Source of the DNA: an uncultured virus (IMG/VR IMGVR_UViG_3300010429_001166)
Lineage: Duplodnaviria > Heunggongvirae > Uroviricota > Caudoviricetes
Reading direction: 5' to 3' (one strand)
Virus record (IMG/VR): IMGVR_UViG_3300010429_001166
DNA: 64,000 nucleotides
The notes beneath the pieces were generated by a model. That model worked only from the letters and a program-made list of their open reading frames with translations, had not been told where the DNA came from and searched no databases. The position numbers were made by a program, and so were the translations under genes. Shown here one piece after another: positions 47,851 through 56,514 of this stretch; position 1 is the stretch's first letter; every line of letters starts with the position of its first letter.

Positions 47851-50800
47851 TGGCGTACTCGCTGACGTTGCCTGACGGCACAGTCGTTGACGGGATCAAC
47901 GACAAGTACAGCCGTGAGGAGGCTCTGTCTCGCATCCGTGAAAAGATGCCCGAGGCGTTCGACACACGCCCAGCGTCACAGCGGTTCTATGGCGACATGC
48001 CCAGTGTCGCTGCACCAACTACCCCGCCTCGCAAGGGGCTCATGGCGTCGTTCTCCAAGGGCGCAGAGTCGCTTGGTTCGTCATCACTCACCGGTATCAA
48101 GTCCGTCTTCGGCAACGCAGCCGATGCCGCAAAGGAAGGTATAGCCGACAACGACAGGCTCGATGCGAAGTACGCGCAGGAAGTGTCGGGCGCGAAGATC
48201 AAGAAGGTTTTCGAAGAGCAGGGATTGGGCGCAGCGGCTGCAGAAGTCATGCGCCAGTTCCCCCACGTGCTTGCGGAGCAGGCACCCAACATTGCGTTGA
48301 CGATTGCGGGAGCGAAAGGTGGCGCGCTTATTGGTGGTGGTGTTGCTGGCCCAGTGGGCGCGGCTGTCGGCGCGGTGGTTGGAGGCGCGGGCGCGCTTCT
48401 TCCCCAGTACGTCGGCAGTAACGTTGAACGACAAGCCAGAGCCCAGCAAGAAGCTGGACAAGCAATCGCGCCTGACGTTGGCAAAGCAGCGCTCACGGGC
48501 GCGGCGCAAAGCGCTCTAGATTACGCATCCCTGCGATTGCTCGGCGGTAACGTCGTCGGCAAGTGGCTGGGAATGAAGACCAGCGAAGAAGCGCTGAAAG
48601 CGGCGGCTATTCGCAGTCTGAAAGCGTCCGCAGGACTGGGTGCCGCGAAAGGTCTGGCTGAAATCCCTACGGAAGTGGCCCAGCAGGTGCTGGAGCGCGC
48701 GCAGGCAGGGCTGTCGCTCACCGATGACAAGGCACTGGCAGAGTATGGCGAGGCTGCGTACGCTGCTGGGCTCGTGGGTCCGTCGCTGGGTGGTGTGGCA
48801 GGCGTGGCGGATCGCTCCGCCGCACGCGGCACGATTGAACAGCAGGAGCGTGAGAAGGCTGCAGCCGACGCGGCGAAGGCCGCGAAAGACAAAGCTGCGT
48901 TTCAGCAGACGCCTGAGTACCTGAACAGCGTCGAAGGGCTGACCGCACAGCGCAGCAAACTGCACGAGCAGAAGAAAGAACTCGTCAAGCAGATCAAGCA
49001 CGCCACCGGGGAAGAAAAGGATGCGTTGACGGAGCAGCACAAGGGCGTGCTGGCGCAGATCAAGGAGTTGAGTGGACGGATCGATCAGGCGAAGAAGTCG
49101 CCGCTCGATGTGTTCATCGACAGCTTCGACAAGGTTGCAGAACCCACGGTGCGCGGCAAGCCCGCTGCCCCGGCATCGACTGGAGATTTCCTACCCGGGG
49201 TGAGCAACGAAGATGCTGGCGTGTCGCCTGCGGAGGCGGCGCGACCAAAGGACTTTGCGCCGGACTACCAGAACGCGGATGCAACCGACGCGTTTTTGCT
49301 GTCGCTTACTGATCCCGCTGCGTACAAGCTGTGGTTGAAGCAGTCGGCGCAGGACAGCTACGACCCGATCACCGGCAACCAACCCAACAGCGCGACACGT
49401 ACCGACCCGTATTCAGTACAGTGGCAGCAGGCTCCGTCCACAGACGTATCGCCGGATGCGTATGAGCTAGGTGAGTCCAACGCCGTGCCGTATGGTCAAG
49501 GTCCGCTAGCGGAGGGACTGGAAGACCTTGACGCCACGACTATCGACTCCCGCGTGCAACGGATGCGCGAGCGGCGTCTTCAGGAGCAGGAAGACGATCT
49601 ATACGGTAGAGCCGTTGCCGCCACGGAGAACTGGTCGGAGAAGGCCGCGCAGGAGCGCACGGCAACCGGTGAAGTTCACCCACCCTTCGTGCGCTACGGA
49701 CGTAGGAATCACCAGCTTGCGCAACTACTACGTTTGAACGGCAAGAAGATGGTCGCTGGTGAATACAGCGACAACGATATTCAAGCGGCCATCGATGAAC
49801 GCATCCGCGCGCTGAAAAGCGAACAGCAAGCACTCGGCAATCAGAAACTGTACGACCGTCGTGTTGACGAGCAAGGCGACAGCGTAACCGGGCTCGATGT
49901 CGATGCAGACCTTCTGAACAAGATGGCTGCCAACGACGCGATGATGGAACAACTCCAGCACCTGCGTCAGTTGTATGCACGCACAGCGAACACCACACCG
50001 GACAACTCCGCGAAATTGCTGGACGAGTTCAGCGCCACGCCGCCACAACGAGAAAAGCCGAAGCGCCCAGTTGTCGAGCCCGCGCCTATTCCCACCAAGA
50101 AGGCCATCTTCCGTTCGCCGGAACCGGCCAGTACGTTGTCGGATAAACGGCCTGTACTACGGATGGAGTCGGTCACGCCCAACGAGCGTGCGTGGCGGAA
50201 GAACAGGAAGGAAGAAATCGCGCAAAAGCGCGATCAATTGCTTCGGTACTACGAAACGCTGCTGACAGAAATCCATCGCGGCGAGTTTTTCGGTTCGCAG
50301 TTTTCACCGCGTCGCCTGTTCAACAAAGACAAAGCGGAGTCGCGTTACCCGACCAAGAGCAAGCAAGCTGCAGCAATGATCCGCCAGATTGTCGAATTGT
50401 CTGTTGCGGAAGCGGCGGAAGCCCACGCGCTGAATGGCGATAGGCTGTCACGCACACAATCGCAGGTGTACAGCCACCGCATAGCGAACATCCTGCGCGA
50501 TTACCTCTCGCGTGCGCAGGCAAACGCCAATCCCGGCAAACCGGTTCCCATGCCGACGTTAGACATGGACAGCCAAACCCGGGAAGAAGACACGGAGGTA
50601 AACGCCCGTAACGTGCCGTTCGGTGACATCAATAAAGCGATGGCCGCGATGCGCAAGGAAGTGCAGCCGGAAATCGAGAAGATGCAGCGCAACCTGCTGC
50701 GTCAAACACCGAAACGCCAGCGCGCAGAAGGCGAACGTCAGCTTGTCCTGACTAGCCAAACAGAAGCATCGGAAGCAACGCGTCGCCAGCGCGAGCGCGG

Positions 50801-53800
50801 AACGACGAAGCAGCAGGAGCAGGACTACGTTTACGAGCGGGTGCAAGAAGCGTTAGAAACTCCCGAGCGTCTGGATGCGCTGGAGCGCATGGAACGCGCT
50901 CAACGTGAAGGCATATTTCCGAAACGTGGGGCCGCAGCACCCACACCGGCAGCGCCAACGCCTGAAGCACCACAAGTACCGGGGCGAGCACCGAAGATTG
51001 CACCGCCGACAGCACGAGAAGCACTTGAGCTTGCCGAACAAGCCCTGCGCGGTAGCAACCGCTCAACGGTTACGCCGCAATTGCTCGCAGACATCGAAGC
51101 GCTTGCCACGAACCCCACTCCGGAAGGCGCGGCCAGTGTCGTCCAGCAACTGCGCCAGATCAGCGATGTCAACCAAGAAGACGTTGATCAGCAGGAGCTT
51201 TTCACCGGGCAGGACACCCCGCAGGTACGCATCATCCGTCGCACGCCGTTCCTGTTGCGCAGGCTGATCAATTCGCAGCAAGTGCAAGTGCTGCGTGACA
51301 TGGTGCGCCCGCTGGACAAACTCATTGCTGCGTATGACAAGCAGATTGAAGAACTGAACGCGATCTTCGATGAGCAAGAGCTTCGTTTGATGGATCGTGC
51401 TACCAACGGTGCGTACTCACGTGTACTGGAACGTTTCGAAGCATGGAAGGATTCGTTGAGCACGCTGCGCATGCTGGCAGACCGTGTGGACAGTCTCAAC
51501 ATCGAGGGATACCGCAACAACTACGAGGCGGTGGAGCAAGGCATTCAGGGTGTGCGTGCGGGGTTTGACGAGGAGTTGGCCAAGCTGAACGACCGTATTT
51601 TTCGAGAACTGGGCAAGAAGCCGAAAGACAAGGCCGACAACGTTCCCTTCTACGAACTGTATGGTCGTCTGCAGGATTTGAAAGTGTCGTTGCTGCGTGG
51701 GGAAACGTTCGAATCTCCTGCACCGATTACAGAAATCGAAGCACGCGAGCGCGACGCATCGGAGAAGAAGAACCGCCTGCTGCCGATGCAGACGGCCAAG
51801 GGTGAAGCCACGCGCACGACGCTCACGCGGGATGAACAAAAGCGCCAGCAGGAAGCGCGCAAGCGGGCGCAGGAGAATGAGCAGGCGCGGCTGCAAGCAG
51901 GGCGCGAACTGGTAGCGCGCATCAGGAAGGCCGAAGAGGTTGACCGTAAAGCGAAGGAAGCTGCACAGGAGAACCTGCAGAAGCTGCCGGTCAGCGCCAA
52001 GCAACGCGTCGTGTCCGATGTCATTCCGAACAAGAACGAGAAGATGCCGCCGCGCGTGCGCACGGCGAAGATCATCACGAAAGCAAGACCTGATACGTGG
52101 GATTCGCTAGGTCCGCGTTGGGCTGAAGAGGCGTCGGAAGAAGGTCGGCAGATCGGTGAAGCTGAATACGATGCGCTGGGACCAATAGAACGCATCAGTG
52201 TGGACGAGTGGCGCGGGCAGCGCGACCGTGTGACAGAAGCGAAGGCCGAGCTTGAGCGCGCAGAAGCTGCGCTCACTGATGTACGTGGTGGTAGCAGGAC
52301 GCTGGGTGCAAACGCATCACACGCGAACATACGTTCTCCCGGTTCGCGCAGCTTTGGTCAAGAAAAGGTCAAGCCTGCCAAGCTCATGCAGCCTGCCCCG
52401 CGCAAAGGCAACGTCATGCAGATTCGTGCGTTGCAGCGCGCCGTGGAGAAGGCAGAAGAAAATCTGCTGCAAGAGATGGCAGTGCTGGACGAGTTTGCAG
52501 CGCGGTTGAAAAAGAAGATGTCGAAAACCGAAATCGACAAGGCGCTCCGTTTGTCTGAGCAGGCTGAAGACAACGACAAGATCGAACAGCTTCTACGCAT
52601 CGAACGCCAAACGGAAGGCGGCAAGCGCCCCGGGTTCGGTTCACAGATAGCGGCAGCCGCTGCCGAGCAACGCGCCGAAGGCAACGCACATCCTGCGGAG
52701 CAGGTTGCAACGCGCCCCGCGTACATGCCGCACTCACCGAAAACCAGCAACTCCCCGCCCTACACCAAGAAGATGGCGGGCGAGAAGCGCAAGCGCGCCA
52801 AGCCTGCAACGCCGTTTGGTGAGAAACTGGACAAGGCGTTGGGTGGCGACACGGTGTTCCGTTCCGGTGAAGACACCGGCATTACGCCTGAAGAAGCAAC
52901 AGCAGGTGCGGCGAAAGCGCACAAGCTGCTGCCCGGTGTGAAGTGGTTCGGCACGCGGGATGAGGTGACGCCGGAAGTGCAGGCAGCGCTCGCTGCCAGA
53001 GGAGAGACACCGGCAACCGTCAAGGGCGGGCTGTTGCCTGACGGCACCGTGTTCATCATCGCGGAGAACCACAAGAGCGCAGCCGATCTGGATGCCACCA
53101 TACAGCACGAAATCATCGGGCACTACCGACTAGAGCGCACCATGTTCGGCAGCCGGACAGGCATGCGGTTGATGACTGATCTGGCCAGCAAGTACCTGCC
53201 CGATATGCAGGCTACGTACGAGCTATCGTCGCAACTAGGCTTCTCATCCGATGTACAAGGCGCAATAGTGCACGACGCAATGAGCGTTCCAGAAGCAGGA
53301 CGCCCGCTGTACATGCTGCGTGAAATTGTTGCGCGTGCATCGGAGATGAAACCGGCGTCATGGGGCGAGAAGGCCAAACGTTTCTGGAAGGAATTCGTTG
53401 GGCACTTCAAGCACGTCGCTCGTGGGCTGGGTTTGAACTGGAACCTGTCCGACGCCGATGTGTTCTACATGATCAAGCAGGCGCAGAACGGTGAACTGCG
53501 CAGTATCGAAGGCGGTGACACGATCTTCCGTACCGCCACACCTTCAGACATCAAGGCCATTGGCGACAGGTTCTACCAGCAAAAGTCGAACTGGAAGACG
53601 GCCAACGAACGTGGTGCTCTGGGGCACGCATTCCGCACGACGTGGATTGACCGGCACCACCTGATCCGTGTTGTTAGCGAGCGCATGGAGAACTCGCTGC
53701 GCGGGTTGAACATGCTGTACTTCGCGCGCATGGCCGACCGGGTGAACCAGTTCGTGTCAGAGGCGATGAGCCATGGCCCGATAACGCTGGAGAAGGTCGA

Positions 53801-56093
53801 TCTGAAAAACGGCGAGCACGCGTACATGTTCCGCGCCAACAAGGGCGCAAACGTCGCAGACATCATCAAGGTGCTGAAGACCGAAGACTTCAACTCGTGG
53901 GCCAGCTATATGGCGCTAGAGCGCGCCGAGAAGGTCGGCTACGACAAGCTCTTCGCCAACCGCCCCGACAAGCTGGCACCGGAGCAACGCCAGCGTCTGC
54001 TGGAGTACGGGCGCAACAACAAGGCGTTTCAGGATGCCCGTGCCATGTACCGCGAATACAACTCCGGGCTGGTTGATTTCGCCGTGCACTCCGGCTACCT
54101 GTCGAAGCACGCGGGCGAGGAGATGAAGTCGCGCGACTACATCCCGTTCTATCGCAAGGATGACAGCACCGGCAAAATTCTCATGGAAGGCGAAGACCGC
54201 CCCATCGAAATCGGCAATATCCGCGACAACAAGGAGCTTGCGGCGCTGTTTGGCAGCGACAAAGACCTCAACGATCCGTACGCCAACATCGCGCGCAACG
54301 CACGCCTGCTGATCGGCGGTGCCATCCGCAACCAAGCGGCCAAGAACACCGCGATGGAGCTTGCCAATATCGGGCTCGGTCACATCGTCAACACGCGCAC
54401 GCACAACCGCGAGGCGACAGGGCGCAACGTGATTCACTTCCGGATGGACGGGCAGGAGCGTTCGTTCTGGATGGACACGTCGCAAAACCCGGCTTTCGCG
54501 GACATCCCCGCCGACCTGTTCGTGAAGGGCATGGAAGGCATCGTCACCACACTGCCCACGTTCTGGCGGCTCATGTCGATCCCGACGCGGGTACTGCGCG
54601 ACTTCATCACCCGCAACCCGTTGTACGCAGCCCGCCAGCTTGCCCGTGACCCGCTGCATGCATGGATGGCCAGCGGTGCGGACTTCAGCATCACTGGCAA
54701 CGCGTTGAAGCGGGTGGGCAACCTGTTTATGAACAGGGACGAGACGGGCAACCTGTTGCGTGAGCGCGGCATGGTCGGTGGTCAGGTGATACAAGGCACC
54801 GACGAAGACATGCGCAAGATTATGAAGCGCCTGCACGCGGGGCACGATGTCATCGACATGCTCGCCAGCAAAGCGGATCAATTGTCTGTATCAGCAGACG
54901 CCGCTACCCGCGCCGCGTTGTATGACAACTTCCGCAACCAGCACGGAATGGATGAATTCCGCGCCTACATGGCGACGATGGATTCGGTGAACTTCGCAAC
55001 GCGCGGTGCGTCGCCGTCTGTGCAAGCCATCAACATGATGATCCCGTTCTTCAACGCGCAGATTCAGGGTCTGGACTCTGTGTATCGCGCGGTGACGGGG
55101 CAGATGCCGTTTAACGACAAGATGAAGGCCCGCCAGCGGCTGGCGACACGCGCTGCCCTGATGGCTGCCAGCACGATGCTGTACTACGCGATGGTGGAGG
55201 ATGAGGAGTGGTATCAGAACACGCCTGAGAACATCCGGCTGTCGAACTGGCTCTTCAAGATTCCCGGGGTCGATGAACCTATCCGCATCCCGATACCTTT
55301 TGAATTCGGCCTGCTGTTCAAGGCGGTGCCGGAAACCATCCTGATGGCGTCGAAGAGCGACCCGGAAGCGAAGGCTGCATGGGCAGCGCTGCGCAACATG
55401 GGCGTGAATACCATCCCCGGCGCGTCGTCGGCGGGCATCCCTGCCGCCATGAAGCCGGGTGTCGAAGCGATGGCGAACCACTCGTTCTTCACCGGGCGCA
55501 GCATCGTGCCTGAGTACCTGCAAGGCGAAGACCCAAAAAACCAGTACACGCCCAACACCACGGAAGCGGCCAAGACGATGAGCGCGATTGTCGATGCACT
55601 CACGCCGTTCTCCGTGTCGCCCATGAAGATCGAACACATCGTGCGCGGCTACACCGCAGGCATCGGCTTCGCCACGCTGCAGATGATCGACGCCACGTTG
55701 AGCGGAACGGAGTCCGAAGCCCCGGACAAGAAGAACAGCCAACGCATCCTGACCGGCCCACTGTTCCAGCCGGTGGACGGCAACGCCATCATCAGCCGCG
55801 CCTACGACGCCGTGAAGCGCATCGAGGCAGCGCAGGGGCGCATGCGCAACGCGGAAACGGAATTTGACAGGGAAGAGATGCAGCGCATCGCCGCAGAAGA
55901 GGCTACCGATCTGGCCATGACGCGCGAAGCAGGGCGCTTCAAGAAGCAGGTTGGTGAACTATCTAAGCTGCAGCGTCAAGTGAAGTTCCATCCAACGATG
56001 ACGGGCGCGGAGAAGCGGGAGATGATTGACCAGTTGCAGCAGCGGAAGATTGAGCTTGCGCGGTCGTTCGAAACTCAGGCGCAATTGCATTGA
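47850..56093 (+). CDS. Large polyvalent (ejected) protein with HE--GH zincin-like motif and C-terminal LPD38-like domain
   Basis: 2747 aa; Gly-rich TM-like N-terminal segment, QHEIIGH, IPFFNAQIQGLD, IPIPFEFG-LFK--PE, KIEH-VRGY. Confidence 0.8.
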   Translation: MAYSLTLPDGTVVDGINDKYSREEALSRIREKMPEAFDTRPASQRFYGDMPSVAAPTTPPRKGLMASFSKGAESLGSSSLTGIKSVFGNAADAAKEGIADNDRLDAKYAQEVSGAKIKKVFEEQGLGAAAAEVMRQFPHVLAEQAPNIALTIAGAKGGALIGGGVAGPVGAAVGAVVGGAGALLPQYVGSNVERQARAQQEAGQAIAPDVGKAALTGAAQSALDYASLRLLGGNVVGKWLGMKTSEEALKAAAIRSLKASAGLGAAKGLAEIPTEVAQQVLERAQAGLSLTDDKALAEYGEAAYAAGLVGPSLGGVAGVADRSAARGTIEQQEREKAAADAAKAAKDKAAFQQTPEYLNSVEGLTAQRSKLHEQKKELVKQIKHATGEEKDALTEQHKGVLAQIKELSGRIDQAKKSPLDVFIDSFDKVAEPTVRGKPAAPASTGDFLPGVSNEDAGVSPAEAARPKDFAPDYQNADATDAFLLSLTDPAAYKLWLKQSAQDSYDPITGNQPNSATRTDPYSVQWQQAPSTDVSPDAYELGESNAVPYGQGPLAEGLEDLDATTIDSRVQRMRERRLQEQEDDLYGRAVAATENWSEKAAQERTATGEVHPPFVRYGRRNHQLAQLLRLNGKKMVAGEYSDNDIQAAIDERIRALKSEQQALGNQKLYDRRVDEQGDSVTGLDVDADLLNKMAANDAMMEQLQHLRQLYARTANTTPDNSAKLLDEFSATPPQREKPKRPVVEPAPIPTKKAIFRSPEPASTLSDKRPVLRMESVTPNERAWRKNRKEEIAQKRDQLLRYYETLLTEIHRGEFFGSQFSPRRLFNKDKAESRYPTKSKQAAAMIRQIVELSVAEAAEAHALNGDRLSRTQSQVYSHRIANILRDYLSRAQANANPGKPVPMPTLDMDSQTREEDTEVNARNVPFGDINKAMAAMRKEVQPEIEKMQRNLLRQTPKRQRAEGERQLVLTSQTEASEATRRQRERGTTKQQEQDYVYERVQEALETPERLDALERMERAQREGIFPKRGAAAPTPAAPTPEAPQVPGRAPKIAPPTAREALELAEQALRGSNRSTVTPQLLADIEALATNPTPEGAASVVQQLRQISDVNQEDVDQQELFTGQDTPQVRIIRRTPFLLRRLINSQQVQVLRDMVRPLDKLIAAYDKQIEELNAIFDEQELRLMDRATNGAYSRVLERFEAWKDSLSTLRMLADRVDSLNIEGYRNNYEAVEQGIQGVRAGFDEELAKLNDRIFRELGKKPKDKADNVPFYELYGRLQDLKVSLLRGETFESPAPITEIEARERDASEKKNRLLPMQTAKGEATRTTLTRDEQKRQQEARKRAQENEQARLQAGRELVARIRKAEEVDRKAKEAAQENLQKLPVSAKQRVVSDVIPNKNEKMPPRVRTAKIITKARPDTWDSLGPRWAEEASEEGRQIGEAEYDALGPIERISVDEWRGQRDRVTEAKAELERAEAALTDVRGGSRTLGANASHANIRSPGSRSFGQEKVKPAKLMQPAPRKGNVMQIRALQRAVEKAEENLLQEMAVLDEFAARLKKKMSKTEIDKALRLSEQAEDNDKIEQLLRIERQTEGGKRPGFGSQIAAAAAEQRAEGNAHPAEQVATRPAYMPHSPKTSNSPPYTKKMAGEKRKRAKPATPFGEKLDKALGGDTVFRSGEDTGITPEEATAGAAKAHKLLPGVKWFGTRDEVTPEVQAALAARGETPATVKGGLLPDGTVFIIAENHKSAADLDATIQHEIIGHYRLERTMFGSRTGMRLMTDLASKYLPDMQATYELSSQLGFSSDVQGAIVHDAMSVPEAGRPLYMLREIVARASEMKPASWGEKAKRFWKEFVGHFKHVARGLGLNWNLSDADVFYMIKQAQNGELRSIEGGDTIFRTATPSDIKAIGDRFYQQKSNWKTANERGALGHAFRTTWIDRHHLIRVVSERMENSLRGLNMLYFARMADRVNQFVSEAMSHGPITLEKVDLKNGEHAYMFRANKGANVADIIKVLKTEDFNSWASYMALERAEKVGYDKLFANRPDKLAPEQRQRLLEYGRNNKAFQDARAMYREYNSGLVDFAVHSGYLSKHAGEEMKSRDYIPFYRKDDSTGKILMEGEDRPIEIGNIRDNKELAALFGSDKDLNDPYANIARNARLLIGGAIRNQAAKNTAMELANIGLGHIVNTRTHNREATGRNVIHFRMDGQERSFWMDTSQNPAFADIPADLFVKGMEGIVTTLPTFWRLMSIPTRVLRDFITRNPLYAARQLARDPLHAWMASGADFSITGNALKRVGNLFMNRDETGNLLRERGMVGGQVIQGTDEDMRKIMKRLHAGHDVIDMLASKADQLSVSADAATRAALYDNFRNQHGMDEFRAYMATMDSVNFATRGASPSVQAINMMIPFFNAQIQGLDSVYRAVTGQMPFNDKMKARQRLATRAALMAASTMLYYAMVEDEEWYQNTPENIRLSNWLFKIPGVDEPIRIPIPFEFGLLFKAVPETILMASKSDPEAKAAWAALRNMGVNTIPGASSAGIPAAMKPGVEAMANHSFFTGRSIVPEYLQGEDPKNQYTPNTTEAAKTMSAIVDALTPFSVSPMKIEHIVRGYTAGIGFATLQMIDATLSGTESEAPDKKNSQRILTGPLFQPVDGNAIISRAYDAVKRIEAAQGRMRNAETEFDREEMQRIAAEEATDLAMTREAGRFKKQVGELSKLQRQVKFHPTMTGAEKREMIDQLQQRKIELARSFETQAQLH

Positions 56094-56277
56094 AGACGTT
56101 ACTCAACACGTTGAAGCAGCGGTAGCAGAGTACACGCCCGTTCAAGTAGTTGGTTGGCGTTGGCGTAGGCAGTGTTAGTGTGCCTGCATACACAGCGGTG
56201 AATGCGTATGTTGACGGCGGGTTCGCCTCTGCTCCGCAGCAGTCGCAAAGGTATTCATAGCGCACGTTGACTGGCAT
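55963..56277 (-). CDS. Small Zn-binding protein overlapping the end of the large polyvalent gene
   Basis: CDCCG...LCYRC; starts directly after the upstream stop. Confidence 0.5.
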   Translation of the reverse strand: MPVNVRYEYLCDCCGAEANPPSTYAFTAVYAGTLTLPTPTPTNYLNGRVLCYRCFNVLSNVFNAIAPEFRTTAQAQSSAAATGQSSPASPRPSSLDGTSLDAAA

Positions 56278-56514
56278 TTAGTACCCCTTGTCACGTGTGT
56301 CTTCGTTGCGCAGTCCTGCGAAGCTGTCCTGCGTGCGCGTGAAGAGCACGCCGTATTTCTCGTCCACAACGGTGACGCGATACGTCACCGGGATGTTCAG
56401 CGCCAGTGCCTGCTGAACCGCATCGGCCAGCAGACCCCACACGCGCAGCGCAGGTACAAACACGCTGTCGCCCGGGGATAGCGTCTTCAAATCAAGCGTC
56501 GGACTCTCCTGCAT
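56278..56514 (-). CDS. Hypothetical protein
   Basis: L-PGDSVFVP...GVLF-R motif. Confidence 0.65.
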   Translation of the reverse strand: MQESPTLDLKTLSPGDSVFVPALRVWGLLADAVQQALALNIPVTYRVTVVDEKYGVLFTRTQDSFAGLRNEDTRDKGY

